Source: Candidatus Levyibacteriota bacterium
Lineage (GTDB): Bacteria > Patescibacteriota > Microgenomatia > Levybacterales > UBA12049
Assembly: GCA_016432345.1 (NCBI GenBank)
Contig: CP066685.1
Span: forward strand, 48,236-112,235
Reading direction: 5' to 3'
Length of the DNA stretch: 64,000 bases
The position numbers were made by a program, and so were the translations under genes. The first letter of the stretch is position 1. Each line of letters starts with the position of its first letter. Positions 39,220-48,717 of this stretch are shown one piece after another. The notes beneath the pieces are model-generated. The model worked only from the letters and a program-made list of their open reading frames with translations. It searched no databases and was not told the origin of the DNA.

Positions 39220-39727
39220 AGGGGAGACATCGCTATATGGCGGAAAAAGAGTATCAAAAGCAGATCTAAGAGTTGAAGCCTATGGGACAGTGGATGAACT
39301 CAACAGCGCAATAGGTATTACGATTGCGCAATTTTCAAATAAATCTCAAATAATAAATCTCAAAAAAGAACTTACACAAATTCAAAATGATTTGTTTGAA
39401 ATTGGCTCAATCTTAGCGAGTCCATCAACTATACGCTATACGCTAGACGCTAGACGCTTGGAGAAGATGATTGATGAGATGACAAAAGAACTTCCAGAGC
39501 TTCGAAACTTTATTTTGCCAGGAGGAGGTATTGTAGGTTCGTATTTGCATCTTACTCGTTCGATTGCAAGGCGGGCAGAACGAAGAATTGTTGTATTGTC
39601 TCAAAAAGAGCAGGTTGACAAAAGTATTTTAATGTATTTTAATCGTCTTTCTGATTTGCTGTTTACCATGGCTAGGTTTGTAAATTATAAAGAAAATAAA
39701 AAAGAAGTTATTTGGACAAATAAATAG
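39188..39727 (+). CDS. Cob(I)alamin adenosyltransferase, PduO type
   Basis: KIYTKTGDKGET, AYGTVDELNS, FILPGG, RRAER, NRLSD. Confidence 0.93.
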   Translation: MVKIYTKTGDKGETSLYGGKRVSKADLRVEAYGTVDELNSAIGITIAQFSNKSQIINLKKELTQIQNDLFEIGSILASPSTIRYTLDARRLEKMIDEMTKELPELRNFILPGGGIVGSYLHLTRSIARRAERRIVVLSQKEQVDKSILMYFNRLSDLLFTMARFVNYKENKKEVIWTNK

Positions 39728-39818
39728 ACGGGTGAAACCTTGTGAAATTCAAGGGTAGTGCCGCTACTGTGACAACCAGAGCCCCGATATGAGTCTTCCG
39801 AGCAGAAGCGTTTTTTTT
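39727..39818 (+). promoter_or_regulatory. Compact cobalamin-riboswitch-like element with terminator-like tail
   Basis: GGTGAAA-ccttGTGAAATTCaagg-gtagtGCCGCTACTGTga-caaCCAGA, then cttc..gaag and T8. Confidence 0.6.
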
Positions 39819-40916
39819 ATGGAAAGAGAAGTAAGATTAGGCTCGCAAGCTTTTGATGTTGAAAAAGAAAGAGTATACGGAAATAAACAAATTCGTGATG
39901 ATTTAGTGTCGTATTTAGACGAATATCGTTTGCAAGTATCAAAACATGGTTTTGAATTTCAATATTCTGGTTATAAGGTTAAGGATATATATAGTGGCGA
40001 GCCAATGAGCGTTAAGACAAAACGAACTTTAGCAGAGCGACGAGCAAAAGGATTGCCAATACACAGAGAATTAGCAGAAGATGCAGGTATTGAAAGTCTT
40101 GATGAGCAGTTGGCATATGCCAAAGAAGGAGACCGTATTTTTTGGATGAGCCCGCCAGGACCAAAAGAAGATGGATATGGTAATTATGGCTTTGTTTTTG
40201 AAGGTAGAGTTGTGGGTGAGCGTCTTTTTATGACTGCAAATCGAATAGAAAAACCAACTATTGCCCAGTGCAACAAAGCATTTTTTGAATTAACAAGAGA
40301 TAATGTTGGCTATATAAATCCAGAGGGATTTTTAGCCAACCCCAGAGTTGTTAGAAATAGTATGGTTGATGCAGATTTTATCTTGCAAAGAAATTTTTCG
40401 TTTGCAGTAGATCAGAAAGAAGCATTAATAAATAAACAAGTTATTGCAGAAATGGATTCGATGATTGATGAATTTGTTGGGGTAGTAAAAACAGGCACGC
40501 GAGAAGAAAAGATTACTGCTTTTCATGCGCTGGAAAATTACGCGCTCGAACTCAAAAAACGTCTTATGCATAAGGCCGAAGCAAGGGAAAACGATAACAT
40601 TATTTTTATGAGCGAATATCGTGATCATAGATATTTAGCAGATATACTGAATGTCTATGGATATATGCCCCCCATTGTTGCGGGAAGCTGTGGACCAACC
40701 GGAGAGGAAACAAAAAGTAACGATCTGTTTGCCGATAATTTTAAAGATTTAATGAAGGCAATTTTTGGAGACTTGAAGGAGATGTTTGGTATTGATGAAG
40801 AATCTTATTCTTTTGATAAGAGCGGTACGTGTGTGCGGTGCAAAAACGAAGGCATGCTTGGTCCGTGTAATTTGTGTCAAGGGTGTGATAGCTACTTACG
40901 ATTGCAAGCCGCGTAA
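39819..40916 (+). CDS. Hypothetical protein with C-terminal Cys cluster
   Basis: WMSPPG, GSCG, CVRC..GPCNLCQGC. Confidence 0.7.
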   Translation: MEREVRLGSQAFDVEKERVYGNKQIRDDLVSYLDEYRLQVSKHGFEFQYSGYKVKDIYSGEPMSVKTKRTLAERRAKGLPIHRELAEDAGIESLDEQLAYAKEGDRIFWMSPPGPKEDGYGNYGFVFEGRVVGERLFMTANRIEKPTIAQCNKAFFELTRDNVGYINPEGFLANPRVVRNSMVDADFILQRNFSFAVDQKEALINKQVIAEMDSMIDEFVGVVKTGTREEKITAFHALENYALELKKRLMHKAEARENDNIIFMSEYRDHRYLADILNVYGYMPPIVAGSCGPTGEETKSNDLFADNFKDLMKAIFGDLKEMFGIDEESYSFDKSGTCVRCKNEGMLGPCNLCQGCDSYLRLQAA

Positions 40917-40962
40917 TAAAGCGTTTTGCCTAAAAATGGGTTTTTTGTGATATCATGAGAAT

Positions 40963-41427
40963 ATGGATGATACTGTCCAGAATTCAGTTCAAAGTTCAAA
41001 GTTCAAAGTTCAAAGCCAGACGCAGGGAGACGATAGTGCGACGACCCAAGTTCAGTCTCAGGTTGTTCCGCAGCCTGTTGGATCAGTTGCAAAAGAACAT
41101 GGGCCGATTGAGGAATACATTAAATCATCGGGAGCAGAATTAGAGCTTATTATACCAGAGGAACTTAAAAATCATGTTGAGGTGGTTTCGGATCGGGAAA
41201 AACCACAGCTTACTCATCATCATAAAGCAGTTGGAATTCATCCCGCCAAAGAATCGGTGTCTGTAGCTGTACAGCCGCAGCAGGTAATTCAGCTCCCAAT
41301 GACAGAAGAAGAGGCTTTGCAAGCAATAAAAACAACAAGCATAAGCGATTCCAAACATTGGATGGCTGTTTTAATTGAAAAGGTTTATGAACATATAAGA
41401 AATATGCATAGAAGAATAACAAATTAG
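40963..41427 (+). CDS. Hypothetical protein
   Basis: Open frame upstream of the ATPase. Confidence 0.65.
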   Translation: MDDTVQNSVQSSKFKVQSQTQGDDSATTQVQSQVVPQPVGSVAKEHGPIEEYIKSSGAELELIIPEELKNHVEVVSDREKPQLTHHHKAVGIHPAKESVSVAVQPQQVIQLPMTEEEALQAIKTTSISDSKHWMAVLIEKVYEHIRNMHRRITN

Positions 41428-41428
41428 T

Positions 41429-43810
41429 ATGCCATTACAAGGATTTACGCCAGAAAATATTAGTTCGGTTTTGACCTTAATTTTTTTTGCTCTCATTGCA
41501 GCTTTGGGATTTCTTTTAGGGGCATGGGGATTTTTGTATATCTTTTTGCTTTGGATTAGAAATAAAGACCGAGAACAAGAAGCACTGGATTCGGTGTTAT
41601 TGCAAATTGCCGTGCCGCGGGATAACGAAATTAAAATTGACGCGGCAGAACAAATGTTTTCCTCGCTTGCCTCGATTAAAAAAAGTGGAAGATTAATGTT
41701 TTTTAAAAGACAGCCGCATATTTCTTTTGAAATTGTCGGGTTGCCGGGAGATATTCGTTTTTACGTGCATGTGTCGCAAAATTTACGGGATTTGGTAGAA
41801 AAACAAATTAACGGCGCGTATCCAGATGCCGAAATAGTGGTGGTTGATGAGATGGCGGCAAAGCAAAAGCACGCAAATGTTTTAGGAAATGAATATAATA
41901 TTTTTTCAGAAGGCGGCAAGGTTGCCTTTGCTTCTTTAAAACTAAAAGCTGTAGATTACAAGCCAATAAAAGTGTATAAAGATTTAGCTGTTGATCCGCT
42001 TTCTTCAATTACCTCAGTTTTGGCCAAAATGACAGATGGTGAAGGTGCGGCAGTTCAAATTATGGTAAGACCATCAAGTAGTGATTGGAAAAAGCAAGGC
42101 CGTTCGTATGTGTCTAAAATTAAAAAAACAGAGGCTAATCCAGAAACTGCCAAGTATTCGGCAGACAGTAAAGAGCTTGAGGCAATTGAAAATAAAGTCA
42201 GTAAACCAGGTTTTGATGTAGTGGTGCGAATTGTTGTGTCATCAAGCAGTAAAGAAGTGGCGCAAGCGCATTTATCCAATATTAAAAGCGCGTTTTCCCA
42301 GTTTGACGGGATTAATTCTTTTACCAGTAACAAACATAGATTTAAAAGCCTATTTTTAACAGATTTTATTTATCGCTACATGCCAATGCGCGGGCAGACA
42401 TCTGTTTTGTCCAGCGAAGAGTTAGCCACAATTTTTCACTTTCCCAACAAAAGCATTACCACGCCTAATATTTATTGGATGACAGCCAAAAGAGCTCCAG
42501 CCCCGGCTACCATTCCAGATAGCGGTTTATATTTGGGCAGAAGTACTTACAGGGGTCTTTCCAAGTCTGTTTTTATGTCGGAGGATGATAGAAGAAGGCA
42601 CATGTATATTATTGGCAAAACCGGTACTGGCAAGTCGGAATTTTTAAAAGATATGATTATGCAGGATATTAGAGATGGCAAGGGTTTGGCAGTGATTGAC
42701 CCACATGGTGATTTAATTGAAGATATGTTGCCCATGATTCCGCCTAGTCGGGCAGAGGATGTTATTTTGTTTGATCCATCAGATGCTAGTCGGCCAATGG
42801 GTTTTAATATGCTTGAAGCCCAAACCGAAGAGCAGAAGCATTATGTTGTGTCATCAATCATTGGACTTATGTACAAACTTTTTGATCCTAATAAAACAGG
42901 TATTATTGGTCCTCGTTTTGAACACGCCATTAGAAACGCCATGTTAACAGTTATGTACGAGAAGGGAAGTACTTTTATTGAAGTGGTGCGAGTACTTACT
43001 GATGCAGCGTATGTGCAGGAACTGTTGCCTAAAGTGCAAGACCCAATTGTGCGGCGCTACTGGACAGATCAAATTGCCCAAACATCAGATTTCCATAAAT
43101 CAGAAGTTTTGGATTATATTGTGTCAAAGTTTGGCCGTTTTGTTACCAACAAAATGATTAGAAACATTATTGGGCAATCGGATAGTGCGTTTAATTTTAG
43201 AAAAGTTATGGACGAGGGGAAAATTTTACTGGTTAACTTAGCCAAAGGGAGAATAGGCGAGGAAAACTCCAGCTTCTTAGGTCTTATTTTGGTGCCAAAA
43301 ATTTTAGTGGCAGCCATGAGCAGACAAGATATGCCAAAAGATCAAAGACGCGACTTCTTTTTATATGTTGACGAGTTTCAAAATTTTGCCACGCCAGATT
43401 TTGCCCAGATTTTATCAGAAGCTAGAAAATACAAACTAAATCTGGTGGTGGCAAATCAATTTATTGGACAAATGGAAGAGGAGGTCAAAAACGCCATTTT
43501 TGGTAATGTTGGATCAGTTGTTTCTTTCCGCGTTGGAGTAACCGATGCAAATTACTTACAGCATGAATTCCAGCCCACTTTTACCGAAGCGGATCTTATT
43601 AATGTGGAGCGTTTTAATACTTACATTAAAAAAATTGTGGGCGGAGAACCTGTTTCGCCTTTTTCCATGGATTTGACTCGTGATTTAACTAAGGAAAAAG
43701 CCGCTGCTAATCCCCGGGTGGCCGAGTTGATTCGCGAACTCTCGCGTCTTAAGTATGGTCGCGACGCGGCAGTTGTTGAAGCCGAGATTGCGCAACGAGC
43801 TAGGCTTTAG
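41429..43810 (+). CDS. Membrane-anchored VirB4/TraG/HerA-like ATPase
   Basis: RHMYIIGKTGTGKS, IDPHGD, YVDEFQNF, SEARKY. Confidence 0.85.
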   Translation: MPLQGFTPENISSVLTLIFFALIAALGFLLGAWGFLYIFLLWIRNKDREQEALDSVLLQIAVPRDNEIKIDAAEQMFSSLASIKKSGRLMFFKRQPHISFEIVGLPGDIRFYVHVSQNLRDLVEKQINGAYPDAEIVVVDEMAAKQKHANVLGNEYNIFSEGGKVAFASLKLKAVDYKPIKVYKDLAVDPLSSITSVLAKMTDGEGAAVQIMVRPSSSDWKKQGRSYVSKIKKTEANPETAKYSADSKELEAIENKVSKPGFDVVVRIVVSSSSKEVAQAHLSNIKSAFSQFDGINSFTSNKHRFKSLFLTDFIYRYMPMRGQTSVLSSEELATIFHFPNKSITTPNIYWMTAKRAPAPATIPDSGLYLGRSTYRGLSKSVFMSEDDRRRHMYIIGKTGTGKSEFLKDMIMQDIRDGKGLAVIDPHGDLIEDMLPMIPPSRAEDVILFDPSDASRPMGFNMLEAQTEEQKHYVVSSIIGLMYKLFDPNKTGIIGPRFEHAIRNAMLTVMYEKGSTFIEVVRVLTDAAYVQELLPKVQDPIVRRYWTDQIAQTSDFHKSEVLDYIVSKFGRFVTNKMIRNIIGQSDSAFNFRKVMDEGKILLVNLAKGRIGEENSSFLGLILVPKILVAAMSRQDMPKDQRRDFFLYVDEFQNFATPDFAQILSEARKYKLNLVVANQFIGQMEEEVKNAIFGNVGSVVSFRVGVTDANYLQHEFQPTFTEADLINVERFNTYIKKIVGGEPVSPFSMDLTRDLTKEKAAANPRVAELIRELSRLKYGRDAAVVEAEIAQRARL

Positions 43811-43828
43811 TATACTATCCAGAAATTA

Positions 43829-43900
43829 GGGCGGATAGCTCAACGGCAGAGCAGATGTCTTATACACATCTGGTTATAGGTTCGAATCCTATTCCGCCCA
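43829..43900 (+). tRNA. tRNA-Ile(TAT)
   Basis: Arm GATGT-CTTATAC-ACATC (anticodon TAT at 43861-43863); canonical D and T arms. Confidence 0.85.
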
Positions 43901-43903
43901 CCC

Positions 43904-45628
43904 ATGAAACCTCGATTTTCCTCGCGGCAAACAATTGGAGCGGCATTTCCAGATTTTATTAGTACTGACAAAGGGTACGGTTCGCATAAACATGTAGAGG
44001 AGGGTTTTTTGGGAGGAAAAAGAGCGATGCGCGGCTTCCTTTTACCTTTTTTGCTTTTTTTCTTGGTTGGTATGCTTGTGGCGCGGCTTTTATCAATTGT
44101 AATATTTCAAGGTAAATACTATAGTAGGCTTGCGGAAAATAACAGAGTAAAAACAACAACTATTTATGCTTCGAGAGGAATAATATATGACCGAAACGGC
44201 GTTCCTTTAGTTTTTAATATGCCAGGTTTTCGGCAAAGGGTTGGAGATAAGACAATTATTTTAACTCATGAGGAAGCAACGAGTAAAATTGCAAATGGTG
44301 AAAAAAATATAGAAATAGACAGTCTTAGACAATATCCATATAAAGATGCGTTTGCTCATGTTTTAGGATATATTGGGCAAATTACCAAAGAGGAGCTTAA
44401 CAAGCCTCAATTCTCCGTTTACAAACCAGGAGATATTGTTGGTAAAACTGGCATTGAACAAATATACGAGCAGGAATTGCGGGGGGTAGATGGAAAGCAA
44501 TTAATAGAGGTAGATGCGCTTGGTAAGCTGGTGCGCACACTTGGACAAAAAGAGTCGGTGTCAGGCCATGATGTCGCTTTAACTATAGATAAAAAATTAC
44601 AGGAAGCTGCATTTAATGCTTTAAAAGATATTAAAAAAGGCGCTGTTATTGCCGCAACACCAAAAGGAGAAATATTAGCTATGGTGTCGAAGCCATCGTT
44701 TGATCCAAACTTATTTACTATGGGTAAAACGTATCAAGCGTCAGATAGTGCCTATTCGGATATTACTGCAATACTTACCGATAATGATAATCAGCCGCTT
44801 TTAAATCGGGCAGTTGCGGGAATCTATCCTCCTGGTTCAACATTTAAGCTTATTACAGCTATTGCTGCTTTGGAAGAGAAAAAGATAGATGAGAAGTTTT
44901 CTATTATGGATACAGGAGTGTTACAGGTTGGGACATTTTCTTTTGGCAGTTGGTACTTTTTGCAGTATGGCAGGACGGAGGGAGAGCTAAATGTGGTAGG
45001 TGCGTTAAAGCGGTCCAACGATATTTTTTTCTATAAAACAGCAGAAAAACTGGGGGTTGATGATCTTGCTAAAAGGGCAAAGATGTTTGGTTTGGGACAA
45101 AAACTGGGAATAGATTTAGAAGGTGAAGCGGCAGGTTTAGTTCCGGACCCAGCATGGAAACAAAAAGCTTTAGGTGAGCAGTGGTATCTTGGGGATACGT
45201 ATCATTATGGAATTGGACAGGGGTATTTACTTGCTACGCCGTTGCAGATAAATACTTTCACGCAAGCGATCGTAAATGAGGGGAAAATATATAAACCTCA
45301 TTTATTCAAGAACAATGAATCAAGAATCATAAATAATGCAAACTTATCTAAAAAAAATGTTGATTTAATAAGAGAAGGAATGATTCAAAGTTGTAGTCCT
45401 GGTGGTGTAGCTTGGCCGCTGTTTGAGTTTAAAATAAGCGTTGCTTGTAAAACTGGCACTGCCCAGCATGGGACAGAAAAGGATTTGCCGCACGCCTGGA
45501 TAACACTTTGGGCGCCGGCAAACGAGCCGCAAGTTATAATTACAGTATTAGCAGAATCATCTGGTGAAGGTTCCAATATTGCAGCGCCAATTGCAAAAAA
45601 GATTTTAGATGAGTGGTTTAGTCGGTAG
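43904..45628 (+). CDS. mrdA: Penicillin-binding protein 2 (class B)
   Basis: RGIIYDRNG, YPPGSTFK, SND, KTGTA. Confidence 0.88.
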   Translation: MKPRFSSRQTIGAAFPDFISTDKGYGSHKHVEEGFLGGKRAMRGFLLPFLLFFLVGMLVARLLSIVIFQGKYYSRLAENNRVKTTTIYASRGIIYDRNGVPLVFNMPGFRQRVGDKTIILTHEEATSKIANGEKNIEIDSLRQYPYKDAFAHVLGYIGQITKEELNKPQFSVYKPGDIVGKTGIEQIYEQELRGVDGKQLIEVDALGKLVRTLGQKESVSGHDVALTIDKKLQEAAFNALKDIKKGAVIAATPKGEILAMVSKPSFDPNLFTMGKTYQASDSAYSDITAILTDNDNQPLLNRAVAGIYPPGSTFKLITAIAALEEKKIDEKFSIMDTGVLQVGTFSFGSWYFLQYGRTEGELNVVGALKRSNDIFFYKTAEKLGVDDLAKRAKMFGLGQKLGIDLEGEAAGLVPDPAWKQKALGEQWYLGDTYHYGIGQGYLLATPLQINTFTQAIVNEGKIYKPHLFKNNESRIINNANLSKKNVDLIREGMIQSCSPGGVAWPLFEFKISVACKTGTAQHGTEKDLPHAWITLWAPANEPQVIITVLAESSGEGSNIAAPIAKKILDEWFSR

Positions 45629-45630
45629 TG

Positions 45631-46044
45631 TCATGCGGGTTTGTCGGAGAAAGTTGTTTTGTGATTATAAAAAAGCGTTGCAAATTTTTCCATAAATTCT
45701 TGTCGTCCAAGAAGTGGCGGTACAGAATCTCTCTCCAAAAACCCAACTGGCGCGATTATTTCCCTTGTTCCAAGTTTGATTTTTGTTTTTTCTAAAAGAT
45801 AGACGTTTTCGCTTCCGCCGATACCAATTGTTGAGAAACATTTGCAGTCTTTTTTAGGATCAATACCAAGGTATGAACTCATGTAATGTGGTAAAAGTGA
45901 ATAATCCGCGCCACTATCAATAATCATCCAAATGCCCACCCAGTCATTTTTAGATTTTGACCAAAACTTGATCCAAGCAACAGGTCGGTACACGGTGCCA
46001 AAAAGCGAAGAAGACGATTTCTCAAAAGCAAAACTTATTTCCAT
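45631..46044 (-). CDS. Retropepsin-like aspartyl protease
   Basis: IIDSGADYS and LLGR motifs. Confidence 0.8.
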   Translation of the reverse strand: MEISFAFEKSSSSLFGTVYRPVAWIKFWSKSKNDWVGIWMIIDSGADYSLLPHYMSSYLGIDPKKDCKCFSTIGIGGSENVYLLEKTKIKLGTREIIAPVGFLERDSVPPLLGRQEFMEKFATLFYNHKTTFSDKPA

Positions 46045-46247
46045 AGAAGGACAAGGCTTTCTGCTTTGGGGATATAGGTAACAGTAGGCGTTGCGTTTGG
46101 ATACTTGCTGGTTGCCTTATTAAAAATTTTTATTGCTTCTTTTCCTGTTTTTGCGGTAAACAGATGCCCTGCAATTAAAACAATATGTTTTCCTTGCAAT
46201 TTTGGATCTTGCAAAATTTTTTTGATGTCAGAAGAATGCGTTATCAT
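46035..46247 (-). CDS. Small DUF5678-like protein
   Basis: GKHIV..G...A..KYP...YIP; overlaps the protease gene. Confidence 0.65.
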   Translation of the reverse strand: MITHSSDIKKILQDPKLQGKHIVLIAGHLFTAKTGKEAIKIFNKATSKYPNATPTVTYIPKAESLVLLWK

Positions 46248-46337
46248 ATAAATTGATCATACCAAAGCAGAAGGAATAATACAATAAAAAGAAGGTACTA
46301 TATTACTTGGTGAATTTGAAGGTTTGGAGGATTTTGG

Positions 46338-47204
46338 TTACAGCTCGATTAGCTGAGTGTTTTCTTTGCCTTTGTCTTTGACAAATTCTAAGTATCTTTC
46401 AGTTGTTGAGATGCGTTTGTGGCCGAGGATTTTGGAAAGCATCACCAAAGACACACCGTGTTTGATGTGGTGGGCAACAAAGGTATGGCGAAGGTCATTG
46501 ACCTTGGCATTTTTAATCTCTGCCAATCTAAAGTAGCGCTCGATAGCAGTTCTAATATTACGAATTAAGAAAGGTTTTCCAGATTTGGTCACAAAGATAC
46601 GTTCCTCTTTGGTTTGGGGTCTGATAGTTAGATATCGCTTTAATGCTTCTTTAGCTGGCCGATTAAGCGGTACCAGGCGTTCTTCGTGTTTTTCGTACGG
46701 GCGGATTTTAAGGGTGTCGTTTTGAATATCTTCGAGTCTAAGATTGGCAAGTTCGCCGATACGAATTCCTGTTTGGAGAAGGATTTCAATAACAGCAAAC
46801 ATACGTGCATCATCTCGCGCGGCATCCCTAAGAGCTCGATACTCCATGGGTGTTAGAATTCGGGGTGGCGCAAGCTCGTAGCGGGGATGAGAGACTAAAA
46901 GAGATGGGTCATCTGTTATGTATTCGTTTACTTTAAGAAAGCGGTAGAATGTTCGAGTAGAGTTGAGTTTTCGGGAAATAGTTTTTGGCGTATAGCCAGT
47001 GCCGGTAAGTTTTGCCAAGAATGCTTCAAGATCGTTTTTGGTTACCTCGTGAACGTGATTTTTTTTCATTTCCTCCAAAAAAGAGATCAGCTGATCAATA
47101 TCTTTTCCGTATGCTACAATGGTAGCATTGGAGTGTTTTTTACCTTTGAGGAAATTAGTAAATTCCTGGTGGGCATCTCGTAATTTAACTTGCTTGCTGT
47201 TCAT
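46338..47204 (-). CDS. XerC/XerD-like tyrosine recombinase
   Basis: SAM-like N-domain, TGIRIGEL, DLRHTF, LGH, TERY. Confidence 0.88.
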   Translation of the reverse strand: MNSKQVKLRDAHQEFTNFLKGKKHSNATIVAYGKDIDQLISFLEEMKKNHVHEVTKNDLEAFLAKLTGTGYTPKTISRKLNSTRTFYRFLKVNEYITDDPSLLVSHPRYELAPPRILTPMEYRALRDAARDDARMFAVIEILLQTGIRIGELANLRLEDIQNDTLKIRPYEKHEERLVPLNRPAKEALKRYLTIRPQTKEERIFVTKSGKPFLIRNIRTAIERYFRLAEIKNAKVNDLRHTFVAHHIKHGVSLVMLSKILGHKRISTTERYLEFVKDKGKENTQLIEL

Positions 47205-47250
47205 AAAAGCCTATAATATCATTCAAAAAGATATAAGTCAAGGGTGAAAA

Positions 47251-47598
47251 ATGAAAAAAATAATTTTTTTAACCATTATTATTGTTTCTTTTTTTGTGAT
47301 TCAAAGCTTAGCGCGTTCAATTTATACGCTTTTTAGTAAGCATGATTTACTTGTGAAAGCTGAAAATGAATTAAGGCAAAAAAAAAGGGAAAACCAAGAG
47401 CTTAAGAATAGACTTTTGATTGTTGAGGACGAAGGGTTTGTAGAACAAGAAGCGCGAAACAAGCTATTTTTACAAAAACCAGGAGAGAGCAGAGTGATTG
47501 TTGATAAGCGTCTTATAGAAGCAATTTTAGGCAAAAAAACTGCAGTAAAAGAAGAACAAAAACCCAGTTGGCAAAAGTGGTGGGAGCTGTTTTTCTAA
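47251..47598 (+). CDS. Septum formation initiator (FtsB/DivIC family)
   Basis: TM, coiled coil, EQEARNKL..KPGE. Confidence 0.82.
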   Translation: MKKIIFLTIIIVSFFVIQSLARSIYTLFSKHDLLVKAENELRQKKRENQELKNRLLIVEDEGFVEQEARNKLFLQKPGESRVIVDKRLIEAILGKKTAVKEEQKPSWQKWWELFF

Positions 47599-47604
47599 TG
47601 TTTC

Positions 47605-48643
47605 TGTAGAATCCCATGACATCTCGTACACTTTTGCTATGATAGAAAGTAGTGAAAGTAATGATAACAAGCGAGCAACAAGAAATACTAAGAAAACTCG
47701 ATCAACGCTCTCGTACGAGATTGCGTTGGGTCTTAGCATATGAGCAGATTAAAAAGGTATCTTCAGTCTGCCGTTACTTTGGAGTTTCCCGCTCCACTTT
47801 TTACGTCTGGTATCAGTGATACTTGAGTTTTGGAGTTGAAGGATTAAAGGATAGATCTACCCGTCCTCATAAGATCTCAAGCAAAATCCCAGCAGATATT
47901 GTTCAAACAGTTATTACTCTTCGAAATCAACGCAAGTACGGGCCAAAGAGGATGTTATATTCTCTTAAAGAGAAATACAACTGGTATATCTCCAAAATAA
48001 CCATCTGGAGGATGTACAAAGAGCATGGATTAAACAGATTAAAATACAAAAGGAGATGGCAGAGATACCCACAAAAGTATTCTAAACCACTTCCTGGGGG
48101 GACAGGATACAGATAGATGTCAAGTTTTTGGATAATTTGGAGTTTGAGAGTAAACGGTATTATCAATTTACCGCAATTGACGATTGCACCCGGTATCGAG
48201 TCCTTCGTATTTATGACCATAATACCGTTAAAAACGCAACAGATTTTGTTAGTCAAATCAAAAAAATCCTCCCTTTTGCCATCCAACAAATCCAAACAGA
48301 TAATGGTTCTGAATTTTCAGAGGAATTTAGCTGGTATTTACAAGACCTTGGCATCAACCATAGAAAAACAAAAGTACGATCACCTGAAGAGAATGGGAAG
48401 GTCGAAAGATCACACAGAACTGATAATGAGGAGTTCTATCAGATCAATCGTTTTGTTTCGATTACCCACTGCATTAAACTTCTCAAAGAGTGGGAAAAAG
48501 AGTACAATGAAAAAAAGACCACATATGGCATTACAGGGAAAAACACCAAAAGAATATCTGATGGAGAAACTTAAAAACCATGCCCTAAACCGTACTGGAA
48601 ATTTCCCTGTCAAAAGTGTAGTGGATGTGGGTTAGACAATACA
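47605..48643 (+). mobile_element. IS481-family insertion sequence (decayed)
   Basis: TGT...ACA ends with imperfect IRs sharing ACATC/TACACTTTTG. Confidence 0.8.
47661..48635 (+). pseudogene. IS481 transposase pseudogene
   Basis: HTH CRYFGVSRSTFY, QIDVK, IDDCTR, TDNGSEF, NGKVERSH; in-frame TGA ~47817, frameshifts in G-run ~48096 and A-run ~48511. Confidence 0.85.
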
Positions 48644-48645
48644 TG

Positions 48646-48717
48646 TACCAGGGGTGGGGATCGAACCCACAACCGTAGCGTTATGAATGCTGTGCTCCAC
48701 CATTGAGCTACCCTGGC
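48646..48717 (-). tRNA. tRNA-Met(CAT), probably elongator
   Basis: GCCAGGG...CCCTGGTA acceptor, loop TTCATAA; anticodon stem has mismatches. Confidence 0.8.

Noticed and set aside
41429..43810. VirB4/TraG-like ATPase as a conjugative element
   Set aside because: No relaxase, mating-pair genes or element boundaries nearby; such stand-alone ATPases are common chromosomal genes in CPR.
47817..47819. In-frame TGA in the IS481 transposase as evidence of code 25 or selenocysteine recoding
   Set aside because: TGA ends many intact genes here (e.g. smpB, gap, guaB, purL); the same ORF also has frameshifts, so a nonsense mutation is simpler.
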